A DNA stretch of 64,000 nt, from the IMG/VR virus record IMGVR_UViG_3300034072_001021, positions 62,001-126,000 of that record. One strand, given 5' to 3'. This document shows, piece after piece, positions 63,501 through 64,000 of this stretch (position 1 is the stretch's first letter; each line of letters begins with the position of its first letter). The translations under genes and the position numbers were made by a program. The notes under the pieces are model-generated. The model had not been told where the DNA came from. It did not search any database and was given only the letters and a program-made list of their open reading frames with translations.

Positions 63501-64000
63501 ATGTACCAATATGAAAGTGCTCTCGTGAAGCACCGCCTTCCAAACGTCCGTTTCGAGGAAAAAGATATCCGTGGCGTTTCCGTAAAGTCACTGATCAGCC
63601 TCTATGCCGAAGTGTATCTGGTACTGAGTCATCCATCGATCACTGGCAAAGTAACTCTGGTTCTTTCTGAAGCAGAAAACGAAACCACTGCTCTGGAAGA
63701 ATCGGTCACGGTTGCGCAATGGCTCACCGCAAACGGCAACAACACACTCCTGACCCATCCAGGCATCCCCAAGGTCAAGGAATCTGTTGCGCTCAGTCGA
63801 GATGCTTGGCAGGCCGGCTATACCGTAGATATCTGCGTGCCGTCAGGGTCACCGCACAACGATGCATCCGACTACGACAAGACCGATATCTGGTTGACGC
63901 GCAAAGATACCAACTACGCCGATGTCATGCATCACTGTCTTGGCACAGTCAACGGCATCGTGCATCGTCTGGACGCTGACGGTGACGGCATCTACATCAA
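63501..64000 (+). CDS. virion structural protein, partial (runs off the window)
   Basis: GGGAG RBS; open frame MYQYESALVKH...DIWLTRKD.NY...CLGTVNGIVH to the window end; phiKZ-like structural pattern. Confidence 0.7.
   Translation, partial: MYQYESALVKHRLPNVRFEEKDIRGVSVKSLISLYAEVYLVLSHPSITGKVTLVLSEAENETTALEESVTVAQWLTANGNNTLLTHPGIPKVKESVALSRDAWQAGYTVDICVPSGSPHNDASDYDKTDIWLTRKDTNYADVMHHCLGTVNGIVHRLDADGDGIYI

Overview
The window is a 64-kb segment of a phiKZ-related jumbo phage genome (Chimalliviridae-like). No host genes, tRNAs, rRNAs or CRISPR arrays were seen. Core phage genes: SF2 helicase, class Ia ribonucleotide reductase (nrdA/nrdB), dCTP deaminase, DnaB-like helicase, major capsid protein, a split non-virion RNA polymerase beta-type subunit, RuvC-like resolvase, baseplate/tail genes, probable portal, modular endolysin, and three tail-fibre-like proteins with NPHxVTKAQVGL repeats. 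The main candidate novel system is at 47289-59314, directly downstream of a tail-fibre gene. It encodes six CxxxCxxC radical-SAM(-like) proteins, three Fe(II)/2OG oxygenases (one JmjC-type), an inverted ATP-grasp cassette and a 179-aa protein ending in CHTS-CHSS-CHSN-RGRR. This looks like a phage RiPP-like or virion-protein post-translational modification pathway. Other highlights: (1) a GIY-YIG homing endonuclease that appears to have brought a synonymously divergent replacement 3' end of dcd and orphaned the original 165 nt; (2) a roughly 390-nt intergenic stretch with stacked helices (candidate structured ncRNA); (3) a Hint-like insertion in the NrdA active-site loop; (4) a prohead-protease paralog lacking the catalytic His; (5) microproteins missing from the ORF track; (6) a bipartite promoter-like motif. 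All protein assignments come from motif recognition by eye; no database searches were run.
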